Part shown: piece after piece, positions 36,125 through 50,720 of the stretch
How positions within the stretch are numbered: the first letter of the stretch is position 1
How the letters are laid out: each line of letters starts with the position of its first letter
Source of the DNA: Octopus vulgaris
Lineage: Eukaryota
Length of the DNA stretch: 64,000 bases
NCBI GenBank assembly: GCA_951406725.2
Contig: OX597823.1
Location: 32,984,001-33,048,000 of the forward strand
Direction of reading: 5' to 3'
The notes under the pieces: model-generated
The model's database searches: none
The model's input: the letters and a program-made list of their open reading frames with translations, nothing else
What the model was told of the DNA's origin: nothing
Program-made: the position numbers and the translations under genes

Positions 36125-36381
36125 TTACCAAAATTTCAATGCTATATTAAAGTACCGCAAAATGACGATTGGTGTGCAGGAAAGAAACATATATACAACA
36201 AGGATCATTATTGCTTGCATAGTTTGGGTATAGAGAGTTTTGACTGCATAATTGACAGCTCCAGTTAAGAGGTTACAGATGAGGAAAAATAGTAAACCAT
36301 TGTAGTTGATAGCATCAAGGATACAAAGTTTGGAGACTGTAAAAGCAGTGTCTGTATTAGGAGATTTACTTTTCTTATGAC
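36125..36381 (-). CDS. PIGW: PIGW terminal exon (...[15 protein letters not shown]...IALKFW*)
   Basis: ttattag|GT; the TAA stop overlaps an AATAAA (TAATAAA, 36127-36121). Confidence 0.93.
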
Positions 36382-37564
36382 CTAATAAAGAAACAGCAAA
36401 AATAATAATAAGCAATTGTGAAAGAGATATAACATGTCTAATTTTTTAATAAATAATGGTTTCTAATGATATTTCTTAAAAGTGATCATATAATAAAGTT
36501 TTCACAATTTCAAATTTAGAAAAGTGGTGATAGGCAAAGGCATGGTGGAGTGGCTATGAAGATTACTTCCCAATTATGTGGTCTTGGGCTCAGTTCTCTG
36601 GGTGGCACCTTGGGCAAGTGTCTTCTATAAGTAATGCTTTCTATTATAGCCCAAAGGCTGACCAAACAACTGTGAGTAGATTTAGTAGACCAAAACTGAA
36701 AGAAGCACATTGTATCTTCATCGTCTAATGTTTGTTTTCATAAGTTAAATGATTTGACAGGATCCAGAAAACCACACAGATGCTTCATGCTAAGTTGAGT
36801 GTGTGTGTGTGTGTGTGCCATTGTCGAAATTAGTGGTTCTCAACTGGGGTCCATATGACCCTGGCTGAGGGAGGGCACAAGATTTTGTTGTTAAAAATTG
36901 TGCAATAAAGTTGGTTATACTTCCGTTCAAATTCCGCCAAGGTCGACTTTGCCTTTCATCCTTTCGGGGTCGATAAATTAAGTACCAGTTACGCACTGGG
37001 GTCGATGTAATCAACTTAATACCTTTGTCTGCCCTTGTTTGTTCCTTCTATGTTTAGCCCCTTGTGGGTAATAAAGAAATATATACTTCCACAATGTACA
37101 AAACATTTTAACAACTTTTTTGTACAATACCTAATATTTAAGAATAAAGATGTTTTGTTTTGTTTAATTTCAAATGGCTGTTTTAGGGTCCAGTAGAGTA
37201 AAATTCGAATGGGTCCACTAGTAAAAAAGGTTGAGAACCTCTGATCTAGACATTAAATTATGGTAGTAAACGAGCATCACCATCATACATGCAGTGCTGT
37301 TCATTTCCAGTCTTCCATGAAAAACATATCTAGCAATAAGAAAGCATTACTTTGCTTGGAAACAGGTGAGGGCTCAGGTCTACTGCATGGCATCCAACCA
37401 ACACCACCAAAGTTTACTAATATCATCTCTTATTTTTATTCTCTTTCTCTTTTTCTCTCGCTGACTTTCTTGTATGTTTTCTCTCTCTCTCTCTCATCTC
37501 TGGTCCGTTATTTCTGCCACTTTTCCCCCCTCCCTTACTATTTCTTCTTTTATTCTCTCTCTCT

Positions 37565-37607
<43 letters not shown>

Positions 37608-40600
37608 ACTGCTTCTCTCCCCACTCTCTATTTCCATTCACCATTATCGTCACTAACCTTGCTGCTGCCACCACAGCTATAATTTTTTTTAAAACTCTAT
37701 TTGAGTTACTTCCTTTCACATAGAACAAACGATAAATAGGAACATAATGTTCCTATTTGATGTTCTGAGCTAAAATTCTACCGAGCTTGACTTTGCCTTT
37801 TGTTCTTTCAGGGTCGATAAACTAAGAACCAGTCAAGTAGTGGGGTCGATGTAATCGACCATCGCCCTCTTCACGAATTCCAGGCCTTGTGCCTAGAGTA
37901 GAAAGGATTATTATTATTATAATTATAAAGAGTAACAGATTGGCAGAATCATGAGAATATTGAACAAAATGTTTTACGGCATTTATTCCAGTTCTCTCTC
38001 TATATATATATGTATAATATATATGTGTGTATATATATATATACACACTAGCACTATGACCCGGCAACACCGGGTCATAGTGCTAGTGCATGCATATACA
38101 GTTGTGTGCGTGCGCATATACACACAAGTACTGTCCAAATCTCTGACCAATCACATACAGCTAGCTGGCATTCAATTGGCATATCAAGTTTTGGGAATTT
38201 TGATTGGGTTTTGGATAGGAAATTCACAAAAAAGTCACTTCTATTGATTTTTTAATGGCTTTGCGGGGTGACTGGGGAAATGTAAAGATGTGCACGACCA
38301 CCCTTGGACGGTTTTGAATGACCATAGAAAGTGCGAGCCCTCTAACTGAAAAATTGTGGATTTGTATAAAGGACGGACACACACACAGACATTTTGCCAT
38401 TTATATGTATAGAGATATATATGATGAATCTCTTGGTAAATAAAGACTGTCACCTGCTTCAGACTCACTGGTTTACATCCTCTGAACCATTAGCCCTGAG
38501 TTAATGCAGTCGGAGGTGGACACCACTCTGCAACTTACCCTTCACATATTGCATAAATGTCTCCAGTGGTAGACCAATGCTGAAACAATACTATGATAAC
38601 ATGAATATTGTCAGCCCTTGGATAAGTATTCAGGTTTCCATTAGCCATGGATTAGCTTGCCAACACTCTCCACATCCATCTGTGTTGTGTTGCATGCATA
38701 CAATCAGCCAAGCTCTTCCTACCAGGCCATTCTTTGATGTAATCAGACCATAAACACCTTTGACGGCTTCTTGTCTTCTTACTCTCCAGACTTCCTGTCA
38801 GGATGGTCATGGGCAGTGACTTGCAGTGCACTACAATAGCTTTGTGGCCATGATTCTCAACAAGAAGCATCTTTGAACTTTCAGTTTTTCTAGTACAGTA
38901 GCATTTGTTATTCTGTCTTTCCAACTTATTCTTCCAAATTTGAAATCCACATCTCAAAAGCTTCTTTCTTCTCCAATGCCATATACATTGTCCACATAAA
39001 TATACAGGGAAACAATAAACCATCCATGCCCAACCATTATAAACCCCACAAACAATATTAGGGATGAAATGATCAACTTACTACTTTTTGTTTTAGCCTG
39101 ATTTTGAGAGGAAACCAACAGTGAAATAATTAATTCAGCAGCAAGTAAAATAGCTAATTCTTGAGTAGTGAGGGCCACCTGCAGATAGAGAAACACAGAG
39201 ACATATACTTTATTGATATTTAGGATTGATCACAAATAAAAATATTCATAAATATAAAGATATAAGGTTTTAGTTGCATGTTGTCTATCACTAAAGCCGA
39301 TGTTAGAGCCATGCCTGTAAATACACACATATACAAATATAAACTCCTTGTTTTGACATTGTGTGATAATTGTAGATGAGTGTATAAAAGCAGTGTCATT
39401 CATTTCCAATATTCTGCAAAAACATGTCTGAACATGGGGAAATATTACCTTGCTAAGAGCAACTGAGGTTTGATGACAGGAAGAGCATCCAGCTGTAGAA
39501 AACCTGCCTCAGCAAATTCTGAGCCATGCAAGTGTGGAAAAGCAGACATTAAAACAATGATGATGAGGAGAATGTGTGTGTGTGTATGTGTGCGTGTGTG
39601 CATGTATCTGCACACATGCATGCGTGTATGGAACAAGTTTTTTCATAGGCATCTGATACTAGTTTTCAGTCACAGTCTTACTATTACTATTTCTCCTATA
39701 TTTTCTAACAAGTCTTCTATATTTGATACGAAATGCTGTCTATTGTTCCAGCAACACTTCTAGAAGTTCCCACTTTGATATTCTGGTTTATGACACTGGT
39801 ATACCGGTTGGTTGGCTGGTTGGTTGGTATTGTCACTGTCACTTTAAAATGTTACAACATAAACCCGGGAATGTTATTTATGTCAGTGTTTCACATTGGC
39901 TTTCTCTGAACTTTACATTTTCATTCTGTTCACATCAGGATGCAATATCAGGCCATTACAGAAGAACAATACTGAACACATAAATGACATATTTTACTGT
40001 TAAACTGACACCTGGCACCAATGGTCAGACCACATCCTGATAATAAAAGAAAAAACACTAACAGTAAGGAAAATATAATGTCCAGAGACAACCAATAAGA
40101 AAAAGATAGAAATAAAGATCCCCAGTTTCGTTCCTCAAATAATTATTGTTAACCACTGGTTAATAAGGGAGCTTCTATGTACTCACTTGACCTGCGAGAA
40201 ATACCAACCAAATCTCTCTCAGATTGCATACCACTGTCTTAAAAAAATGAAAGGCCTCTAATATAATAAATGCAAAAACTAATTTCTGTGTGTCAGTGTG
40301 ACATACTTTTTACCCCACTCTCTCACAATGACACTTCTACTATTCCTCCTGAGGTGAGAGTAATAGTAGGCATAGAGATGGTGAGGGTGATGGCGAACAC
40401 AGAGAGAGACAAAGAAATTTAGGAAGAGTTGATGTTTTAATAAAAGTAGTAGTGTTGATGGTGGCAGTGGGAGTAATAATAAGAGAGAGAAAGAGTGAGT
40501 ATGTGAGAGAAAGAGGGAGATGATGTACAACTTTGTTTAACTGTGTCTCTTTGACAGAAATTCCTGTGGCCAACATACTGAACATTATCATTTTTGTTTT

Positions 40601-43600
40601 GTTTTTTGCTTTCTTTAATACACACACACACATATATGTATATATACATACATGCACACATATATAAAATACACTTTAATTGAAATAAAGTTTCCTCCAA
40701 ATTAAACATATCTAATATAATAAATGTGAATGTCAGTGCGTCACGCTTTTTCAACTTTAATAAATTCTTTCTCCTGGAAGCACAAAGCCTCAAATTTTGG
40801 AGGAAGGGATTAAGTCAATTACATCGACCCTAGTACATAACTGGTACTAATTTTATTGACCCAAAAAGTATGAAAGGCAAAGTTGACCTCAGCAGAATTC
40901 AAACTCAAAACCGACAAAATATCGCTAAGTATTTCGCCCATTATGCTAACGATTCTGCCGGTGCTTTTACATGCCACCGGCATGATGGCCAATCAGGCGG
41001 TTCTGGTAACAACCAGACTCAAAAGGTGCTTTTTACATGCTACCTGCACAAGAGCCAGTCTGGTGGCACTGGCAAAATGCTGATGCTACATTAGATCTTC
41101 AGTATTATAAATTCAAATAAATATGTTAATCATAAAATATTTTCTTGGATCTTGTATATAAAAAATGGTGTTTAATGAGACAATATCACAAACATGATAT
41201 TTTAGTAATTACTGCCTGTTTTGTTGTCCAGTTTGTGTATATTTATTTCTTTATTGCCCAGAGGGGGCTAAACATAGAAGGGACAAACAAGGACAGACAA
41301 AGATTAAGTCAATTACATCGACCCCAATATGTAACTGGTACTTATTTAATTGACCCCGACAGGATGAAAGACAAAGTCGACCTCGGCAGAATTTGAACTC
41401 AGAACGTAACGGCAGACGAAATAATGCTAAGCATTTCGCCCGGCATGCTAACGATTCTGCCTGTGTATATTGGATCCAAGGGCAGAGTGATGTTGACACT
41501 GAAGAAGGTGGATGATGGAAAAGGTGGAATCAACCAGAACCCAACGATCTTCATCCTTTGGAACTTAATAATGTGATTGGCAAGGAAAGAATCTTATCCA
41601 ACTAAGACAAATATTGTTGCAAATATTTTGGTAAGGATGTGTGCATGTGTGTCTTGTCAAGCCTTCCTCCTCAACTCAGTCTCTAACACCCTATCAATTT
41701 TCTAATTATGGTTCTACTCCCTCAGATACCTTACATAATACCATTTATCCCCTTGCACTTTATCTTGTATCCCTATTGCTGTCCATTATCACCTCCTCCT
41801 CCCTAACTCACACCTATTCCCTTCACTTCTCCCTCAAAATGATATTCACTGTATCCATCTCAGTCCCCATCTCTAATCATCTTTCCACCCTCTAAAGCAC
41901 TAACCTACCCATCACCCTTTCTATTCCTCTATCCCTCTTTCTCATACTCACCTTGTACTCTCTCACCAACATCTCTCTCTCTTTTTCCATCCGTGTATTC
42001 ATCTCTTCAGCAAGACACCAATTCCTGTCCCTCTGTCGTACTTTCACATCCTTCAATATTATATCTCCACTCACTTGAGGGGTCTTGTCTTGCAAGTAAC
42101 TAGGTGGCCTCACTAGTGCTGGTGCCATGAAAAAACAAACACCCTGTACACTCTGTAAAGTGGTTGATATTAGAAAGGACATCTGGCTGTAGAAAGCACA
42201 TCAAAACTGAGACACTGGAGTTTGGCACAGCCCTCTGGCTCATTGTTTCCTATTGAACCTTCTAACCCATACAAAGCATGGAAAGAGAAACATTAGATGA
42301 TGATGATAATGAAGATTAGTTGAAATTAAAGGCCAGACTGGAGTCTGATGCACTCTACCAGCATGTCAGCCCAGTCAAACCAGCATGGACAACGGACAAC
42401 AAATGATGATGATGATGATGAATATACTTACTATCCAAATAATATATGGTAAATTGACCAAACGTCTTGATATTGGTCCAATAACATGTCGACATACTCG
42501 GAGGAGAAGCCAACAGCCTATACAGAATCCTGTCAGTCCTTGCAGGCATTTTAGCCAATCAAACAGTGTATTCCTGTAAAAGTAGACATTTACTATTAAT
42601 ATTTTTATAATGGTCACAGAGTTTCAAAATTATGACAAGAGCCAAATATTAAAACATTGATTTCAAATTTTGGCACAAGGCCAACAAATTCAAGGGAGAG
42701 GTTGAGTTGATTACATTGACCTCAGTGTTCAACTAATACCTGTTTTATCAACCCCGAAAAGATGAAAGGCAAAATTGGCCTCAGCAGAATTTGAACTCAG
42801 AACATAAAGGTGGATAAAATGATGCAAAGCGTTTTGCCCAGCATGCCAATGGTTCAGCCTGCTCAATGCCCTTCAATCTTTAGATATGATTTGGTAGCAT
42901 TAATCAGGATTTTGGTGTCCACAATCATGAGGAAACACAGACTCTCTCTCAGCCTTCCCACGATAGACTCTGTGGAACATCAAGGATGTGACAGCTGGAG
43001 AGAGAGAGAGCTGCATGCATCAGTTGACTGGAGTAACATAAAACAAAGAGCCTTAATCAAGGATATTACTGCACTGCGTAGTCTAAGAACTGAACTCATG
43101 ACCTCATGTTTGTGAGTTCAACACCCTAACCACTAGACCAGGTATCTTCATATATTTATGTGTAAGAACAAGTAATTTATTAAGTTGATATTTGTATGTG
43201 TTCGTTCATTTCAATGTAATGATAAATCAGTCATTTGGAAGTTATGGCTGACTGTATAAATTAACGAGATTTACAGCTGAATAATTGGGCACAACAGCAA
43301 ATCCTTACTGCAGGTTGTGTATTAGGCTTTCAATTGAGTTTATATAACCTTTAAAATTATATTACTTTACCTTATTATAAACCATTCATAACATTACAAC
43401 AATTACCACAAATTTATGGTAAAAAAACATCTCCATATTTTTTAAAATTGTTAAAAAGGTCAAAGGTAACTTAGCATCACTAAGGAAGACCTTTGTCAAT
43501 CAATCTACATATATCTATTTAAAGTTCTATATGGCTATAATATGTGGAGGTGTGTAGCTTAGTGGTTAGGGTGTGCAACACTGTGACCTCATATCAAGAT

Positions 43601-45369
43601 AAACAGCACATGACCTCGCAGGTGAAGTCCATACCACCCAAAAGGTCCCTAAATAAGGTTCGTTTAAGGATGTTTAACGAAACACCCATGTTTCCAGAGG
43701 TGAATTATACAAACCCCAAAGAATGATACTCACCCACTACTTCTACTCATAATCAGAGATGCATGTATTGTCAGCCACTTAGGGACAGGCTCAACTGGTT
43801 AAAGTCAAGCAACTGACAAGCAAGTCTGTGGTATTGAGCAGAATATTTGCTGTAGCCCATCTTTTATACCAAGACAAAACGGTGTACATGATAACACTTC
43901 CAATCAGTTAAGAAGCTATGAGAGCCAGTACCATCAGGGCATTTATCATTGTCGTCATCATCATCATTATTATTTTTTTTTTTTAAATTCTAAACTATAA
44001 TTTATGGACAAACATTCTATATTTCAGAGGCCGTTAAGGGATAGTCAATAACAACAAAAGTAACATTCTAAACACTCATTCTATAATATGAGGAAGGAGA
44101 TAAACTGCTAAACTAGACAAAGATTGATCAAACGAACTGCATAATATCAAAGTAGTCATAAATCAGCTGAGGTAAATGTCATATACAATTATAAATACCT
44201 TGTTCTAAAGAGAAACTGTCCCAGTTGTACACCAGCAAAGTAGAGGGCAATATAACCAAATGATGAGAAGATGCCTTCACGATTAGCATCAAGCAGACCT
44301 TTTCTTGTTCCTCGTCCATCCCAGCCATTGATAATGTATTTCTCTAGACCACAATACAAGCACCACTGGTAACCAGCACATATAATGATACTGAGGATCC
44401 AGCTGTTACATCTTCCAGAAAAAATGCAGCAAAAAAGGGTTGAGAGAACCTGGTTTTGGAGGATGAAAATAGAATTAATAATCATCAATGGCAACATCAT
44501 CATAATTCTCCACCACCATCATTATCGTCATCATTATTGTCATAACCACCACCACCACCACCACTATCATGGTTGTCATTAACATAGTCAGTTGAAAAAT
44601 AGGTACAACACATTAACCCCACAGTCTTCACTTGACTACTTGACTTTGATCAGACAGCAGACTGACAGACAGAAATCGAAAGTAAATTACTGATTCTGTC
44701 TCTATAAACCAATCCAAACAGATCAGTTTTGGTTTACAAAAGATTAGAAATTGTTAAAAAAAATTTTTTTTAAATAAAAAAAAAACAGTCAATAAAACAA
44801 GGCAAACAATAATATGTATCTTTGAGTAATTCAAAGACCCTGTACAGATTTCTAAAGAAACAAACCTTCATTGAACTGTTAATTTCAACATATCTTAAAG
44901 ATTGCTTTTATACACTTATGAGATAGTATTTATATCTATTAAGTGACAAGAGATCAGATAATCCAGGTATTTACATCAGGTAGCATTTAGGCAAGTAGTA
45001 AATATCAAACTGTATAAAGGTGACTTTCTCTTGCAGAAACTTAGGTTCCAGCATGGGCATAACTATGTCATTGTTCTCATCCATGTCTATAAACATGATG
45101 TTTGACTTGTTACTTGTATGTTGGTGAAACAATGTATATTCTATTCTTTTTACTTGTTTCAGTCGTTCGACTGTGGCCATACTGGTGCACCGCCTTTGGT
45201 CAAACAAATCGACCCCAGGACTTATTCTTTGTAAGCCTAGTATTTATTCTATTGGTTTCTATTGCCGAACTGCTAAGTTACGGGGACATAAACACACCAA
45301 CATTAATTGTCAAGCGATGGTGAGAGACAAACACAGACACAAACATATACATACATACATACATAATAC

Positions 45370-45400
<31 letters not shown>

Positions 45401-48400
45401 GCTTCTTTCAGTTTCCATCTACCAAATCCACTCACAAGGCTTTTGTTGGCCCAAGGCAATAGTAGAAGATACTTGCCCAAGATGCCATGCAATGGGACTG
45501 AACCCAGAACCATGTGGTTGGGAAGCAAGCTTCTTACCACACAGACCTTTCTATACAGTTTTCAGATAGTACTTATATGTAAGTGGATTGTTAACTACAT
45601 TCATACCACAAAGATTTCTTTTATAAAGTTATTTCTTTCTTAGCAAGTTGACTGAGTTGTGGCAAAAAGATTGAAAGGGTTCTTGTAAATTCCTTTCCTT
45701 GGCTCCTACAATGGAACCAATTCTAAGAAAGAGAGACATGGGACAAATGGCTCCAGTACTTGACTTTAACAATCTCAAAGGTGATGAAAGGCCAAGTTGA
45801 CCTCAGAAGGATTTGAACTCAGAATGCAGGAAACTGGAACAAATGCCAGAATGTATTTTATCCTGCTCTGTAACAACTCTATTAGTTCATCACCTTATAT
45901 GGCAATGGGATTTTTTTTGTATACAGTTGGATTGTTAATTTCAATCACAGCACAAAGATTACTTCTAGACCAAGTTATTAAATATTTCCAGATATCTCCT
46001 GTGACTGAAGGATTAACTGATGGTGAACATTTGATCCCAAATTTAACTACATTCAATTCTTTCTCCCTTGAACTACAGACTTCTAAAATATTTCCCTCTT
46101 CACATTTTGCTTTTCATGCTCTCAACATGAAAAAAAAAAATGAAACTGATCATCAGCTACATCAGCTTTAGGTTGATGTTTCCTCACTGAGAGAAAACAT
46201 GCAAATAACCAAAATAATTTTTAACAAAATGAAATGGGATAAGTAAAACTAGAAATGAAACAAGATGCTATACTAGGTCAATTAGTATCTCTTTTCAAAC
46301 AGTTCCATGAGAATGTCATAGATTTATTAGGAGGGAATTAAACACTTACCTTTACAACTGCTAGAGTGAAGAAAAAGTTCCAATGGACACCATACTCAGA
46401 ATAATGTTCTTGGTAGTCTGTCCCTTTCACAACGATCATTCGACTGAGGCCAAGGGTCAGTAGTGGAACACAAGCCTTCATTGAGAGAAACAACACAGAC
46501 AACCAGTCTAAGAATGATCTAGATTAAAGATAGAAATTGGTTAGAATTTTAACATAGTCTAAATGTCAAAGACTTTTTACTGACTAAGACAAGTATTTTG
46601 GAGTTATACATTCCATCAGAACGATCTTCAGTGGCATCAAAATGGCCAACAAATTATACTATAAGCAAATTAGGAAGATTATGAATGTTATATCCAGATA
46701 AGCAACTGCTAAATATAGAGATTTAGATTACAAGTTCTTTGCATAAATGAAAAACAGGGGTACATCTTCTCTGATGAGGAGGCAATCACCCTCAAAACAG
46801 AATTCTCAATTATTTTTCTACTTTCTTAAAAGAACAATAAGATGTTTTCACACCAGCTGCAATCTTCATAGCCATGGCTTTCAAATAAATAACTGTAGAT
46901 TTTTCTATATTATGCATGTGTCAGAAATTCTGAATTATTCTGTATACAATACATATATATTTATTACATTTTTTAGTCAAGAGGGAGGAAGATATCCTCA
47001 AACCAGAAACTGCTAAAGGCACCCAAGGTGCCGGGTTGTAGTGTTAAACCTGGCAACAACTCAACAATAGCACCATGGCAAGATTTGAACTCAGAATGCA
47101 AAGAGATCAAAAAGAATACTACAAAGCAACTGGTTCAATGTTCTCATAGTTCTGCCAGTCTTGAATTGGTAACTTTTTTTTATCAACCCTAAAAGAATGA
47201 AAAGCATAGTTAAATTTGAACAAATACCACAAAGTATTCTGTCCAACACTCAAATAAACTACAATATAAACATTATCATCAACATTATTATTCTTCATCA
47301 ACTTTACATGCTGGCACTGGTTGGATGGGCTGTCATGGCTCAAGTTAGTTCTTATTTCCTAAACAGGTCAGATGACCATGTGTCAATCATACACTTCAAT
47401 TTTGATATGGTTTGCACTGTCCAAAGAGATGGTGGTCAGAAGGGGCAAGCAGACTTCAGTACTTGGTGTGAATTGCTGGTTTCAGTTTATTGGCCAACAT
47501 TTCACTGTAGCCTATGTAGATCCCTTTTCTAGGTAATATTCTGGTATAGGCCCTTTTGCATCCACCAAAAATGGTTTGTATTTTTCTACAGAAAGTTGAA
47601 TCTTGAATTTCTTTGTTGCTGGTGATTCTGTGTGTCTGTGCCAGTGCCACGTAAAGAGCACTTGTGCAGGTGTCACATAAAAGTAGCCCCTATGTTGTTC
47701 TACCTGCTCAATATACCAACTAAACAGCTTACTTCTACTGTAACCTGTTATCTGAACAAGTGAAAGATCACAGTGAAGAATGTAGTCCTAAATATGAAGA
47801 TAAGAGAATGATACAGTCATGTCTAGAAATGTCTTTGAACAAAAATCTACTGTTAGAGTTAACCTGGATCTATAAGAAAAACAATAAAATGAATTAACAC
47901 AATGAAAATATAGAATCTTTTCAACTCTAGGCACAAGGCCTGAAATTTTGGGGGAAGGGACCAGTTGATTACATCAACCCCAGTTGACCCCAAAAGGATG
48001 AAAAGCAAAGCCAACCTCAGCAGAATTTGAACTCAGAATGTTGTGGCAGATGAAATACCGCTAAGCATTTCACCCGGCATGCTAACAATTCTGCCAGCAT
48101 GCTGCTTTAATGAAAATATAAAATGAGAAAAGGTAGTTACTTGCAGCGCAGAGTTGTCTGTCTGGCTTCAGGTGAGATCAATGCATTTGCAACTATGTAA
48201 AATCCAACACCTGCGTCCATAACACTGGTTCCATAGGTCTCAGTTTTGGCAAAACGCCTGGGGAATATTGGAAAGTCAACTGCAAGGATGCAAATACCTG
48301 TGACAATGTTGATAATGGCACGAAAATATGTAACAAACTTGAGATGTCTGCCATTGATGTATGTTAAAATAGGCCTTTGTAATTCTCTTGGGTTGGATAA

Positions 48401-50686
48401 ATTAGTCCACAGTTCCTGAGTTTGTGATGTAAATGTTGATAGTTGAAGAATAACAGCAAAGATTAGCAGCAGTAACACTAATAAGATGTGGTCACTGAAT
48501 ATTGTAATGGCGAGCACCGTAAAAACAATCAAAATGATAAATTCAAAAACTGGTTTGAACCTGAAATAGATAAAGTAAAATGTTTAACCATTTTGTTACC
48601 ATATTTCTGCTGAGATGCTCTGTGTTTCTTTCAATTAATTTTAAATATAACAAAGAATTTAGTAAAATAACTTCAATGTCATTAAGCTAGTGTTAGGAAC
48701 ATAAATTGTGACTAAAGCTTCGTGGAAACTTATGAAAACAAGGCATTTGTAATACAGAGCCAAAGCTGGTTTCAGCTGGGTTGGTATCGAAAGGGTTAAA
48801 CACAACCAAAGTGAGAAGTGTGTTGAATTTAGAGGTTTAGGTTGTGTTAATAACAAGAGCTGATAAATATAAATAAACAATGTTTATAAAGTTACAGAGC
48901 TGTACTAAATATTAATATAATGACAAGATATTCTGTAGGTAAACTTACAGGTAAGTTGATGTTTAAGTTAGTTTAATAGTAGCAGTGTCAGGATTAAATT
49001 GATGTCAAAGTATAAATAAAAACACTCCTTTAGTATGCTGACCACTTATAACATAAAGAATACACCAGCAAGTGTAGCACTTTGGCCAGGTTTACCTTGA
49101 CTACCATCACCAAAACCTACAGGATATACAATAAAAAATTCAACAGTGAGGATACAGAATGCCCAAACTTCCAAACAGCATTCTATATAAGCCAGATCAT
49201 GTACGTGACAGTTGTTGTGTGGTTGTTTGACTTGCTAAAAATAGTAGTGAAATCTCTTTCCAAAGACACCCTATCATCTTAGAAAATAAGAATAAGTTCT
49301 TGACATACAAACTAATCAAATTTGGAATGTCTTTGACCCAACTTCTGTTCACTCAAGACAGTCCTTGGGTTAAATAATAACAACAAGAAGATCATGTTAG
49401 AGTGCACAGTATTGTCTCATACTAAGTGGAGGTACAATATATCAGTGAATCCCAAATGTTTGACTAACTACTGATGCACAGCAATGGCTTAAACAGAGAC
49501 ACTAGGCTCACTTACTCAAGATATTATGTGAAAGTTTCCATTGAAATCTCAGTATAGATAAGGTTACTTCACAACTGTCCATCATTTTGTTCATAAAACA
49601 TGGTCACAAAAGGGTTAAATGAAAAACTGGATTTGGTTATAGAGACCTTCTCCCAGTATATTACTGGTTTATACTTATGGTAATTCTAGAAGATTAATGG
49701 TTCCAGTCAGTTACTCTATGTCAAACTGTAATATTGGCTAATTAAGAGATTTGACCCATCTCACTTACCCAATCTTCTTCGTATTTAAGCATTAAACAGT
49801 ACCTTTTACTGTCTGTTTATTCAATGAACCCTAACTGATTTAAAGGGAGCTTGAGGAATAGATGAAGAGTGTTTACCAACCAGGAATGTAGCACTTCTAA
49901 TGTAAATGGTTTCATTTTTTGACACAAAGCCAGCAATTTTGAGGTGAGGAGGAAGTTGATTACATCAACCCCAACACTCAACTAGTACTTACTTTGTAAC
50001 CCTAAAAGATGAAAGGCAAACTATACCTAGGCAGCATTTGAAACCAGAATGTAAAAAGCAGGAAGAAATTCTGGTAAGCATTTTGTCTGGTGCATTAACG
50101 GTTTAGCTAGCTCACTACCTTTCATCATGATAGTGGAGAGTGGGATTGAACTTGGAACCAGGAAGTTACAAATTGAACTTCAAAACATGTATTCAAGCGA
50201 ATACCCTCCATTAGGCATCTATCATACTCTGAAGCCTTGCTTCCCTGGGCATAGACACATTGAAGCTCTGACATTTGGCAACTGACTTGGTAAACACCCA
50301 CAAAATTATTAACCATAGTTCCAACAACCACCTTGAGCACATTTTTGAGCTCCATGTGTCTAACACACACGGGGATGCCCACAAAATCAGAAAACAGCAC
50401 AGCTCCCATGACTTTTGGAAACCTCTTTTCACACTCAGAGCTGCTGAAGCATGGAACAAACTACCTGCATCAGTTGTTAGTTGCTGAGACACTGCATCTT
50501 TTAAAACCTCCATGCTTCCTGAAATTTGCCAACACTACACCTGATACCCCCCACCTCCATATGCATGCACACTTGTATATCATGACTCATACACTGTTCC
50601 CTTTCCTGACCTTTGTACATAATTCTACGTACTGCACATGCACCTTTGATGAATTGTAATGCACCTGAGCACTAGACATGATTATT

Positions 50687-50720
<34 letters not shown>

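Noticed and set aside
38652-39081. Extension of PIGW exon 6 through ORFs 38954-39196 and 38652-39023
   Set aside because: A strong gtaagt donor at 39081 gives the phase needed for exon 7, and the downstream sequence is an RTE remnant
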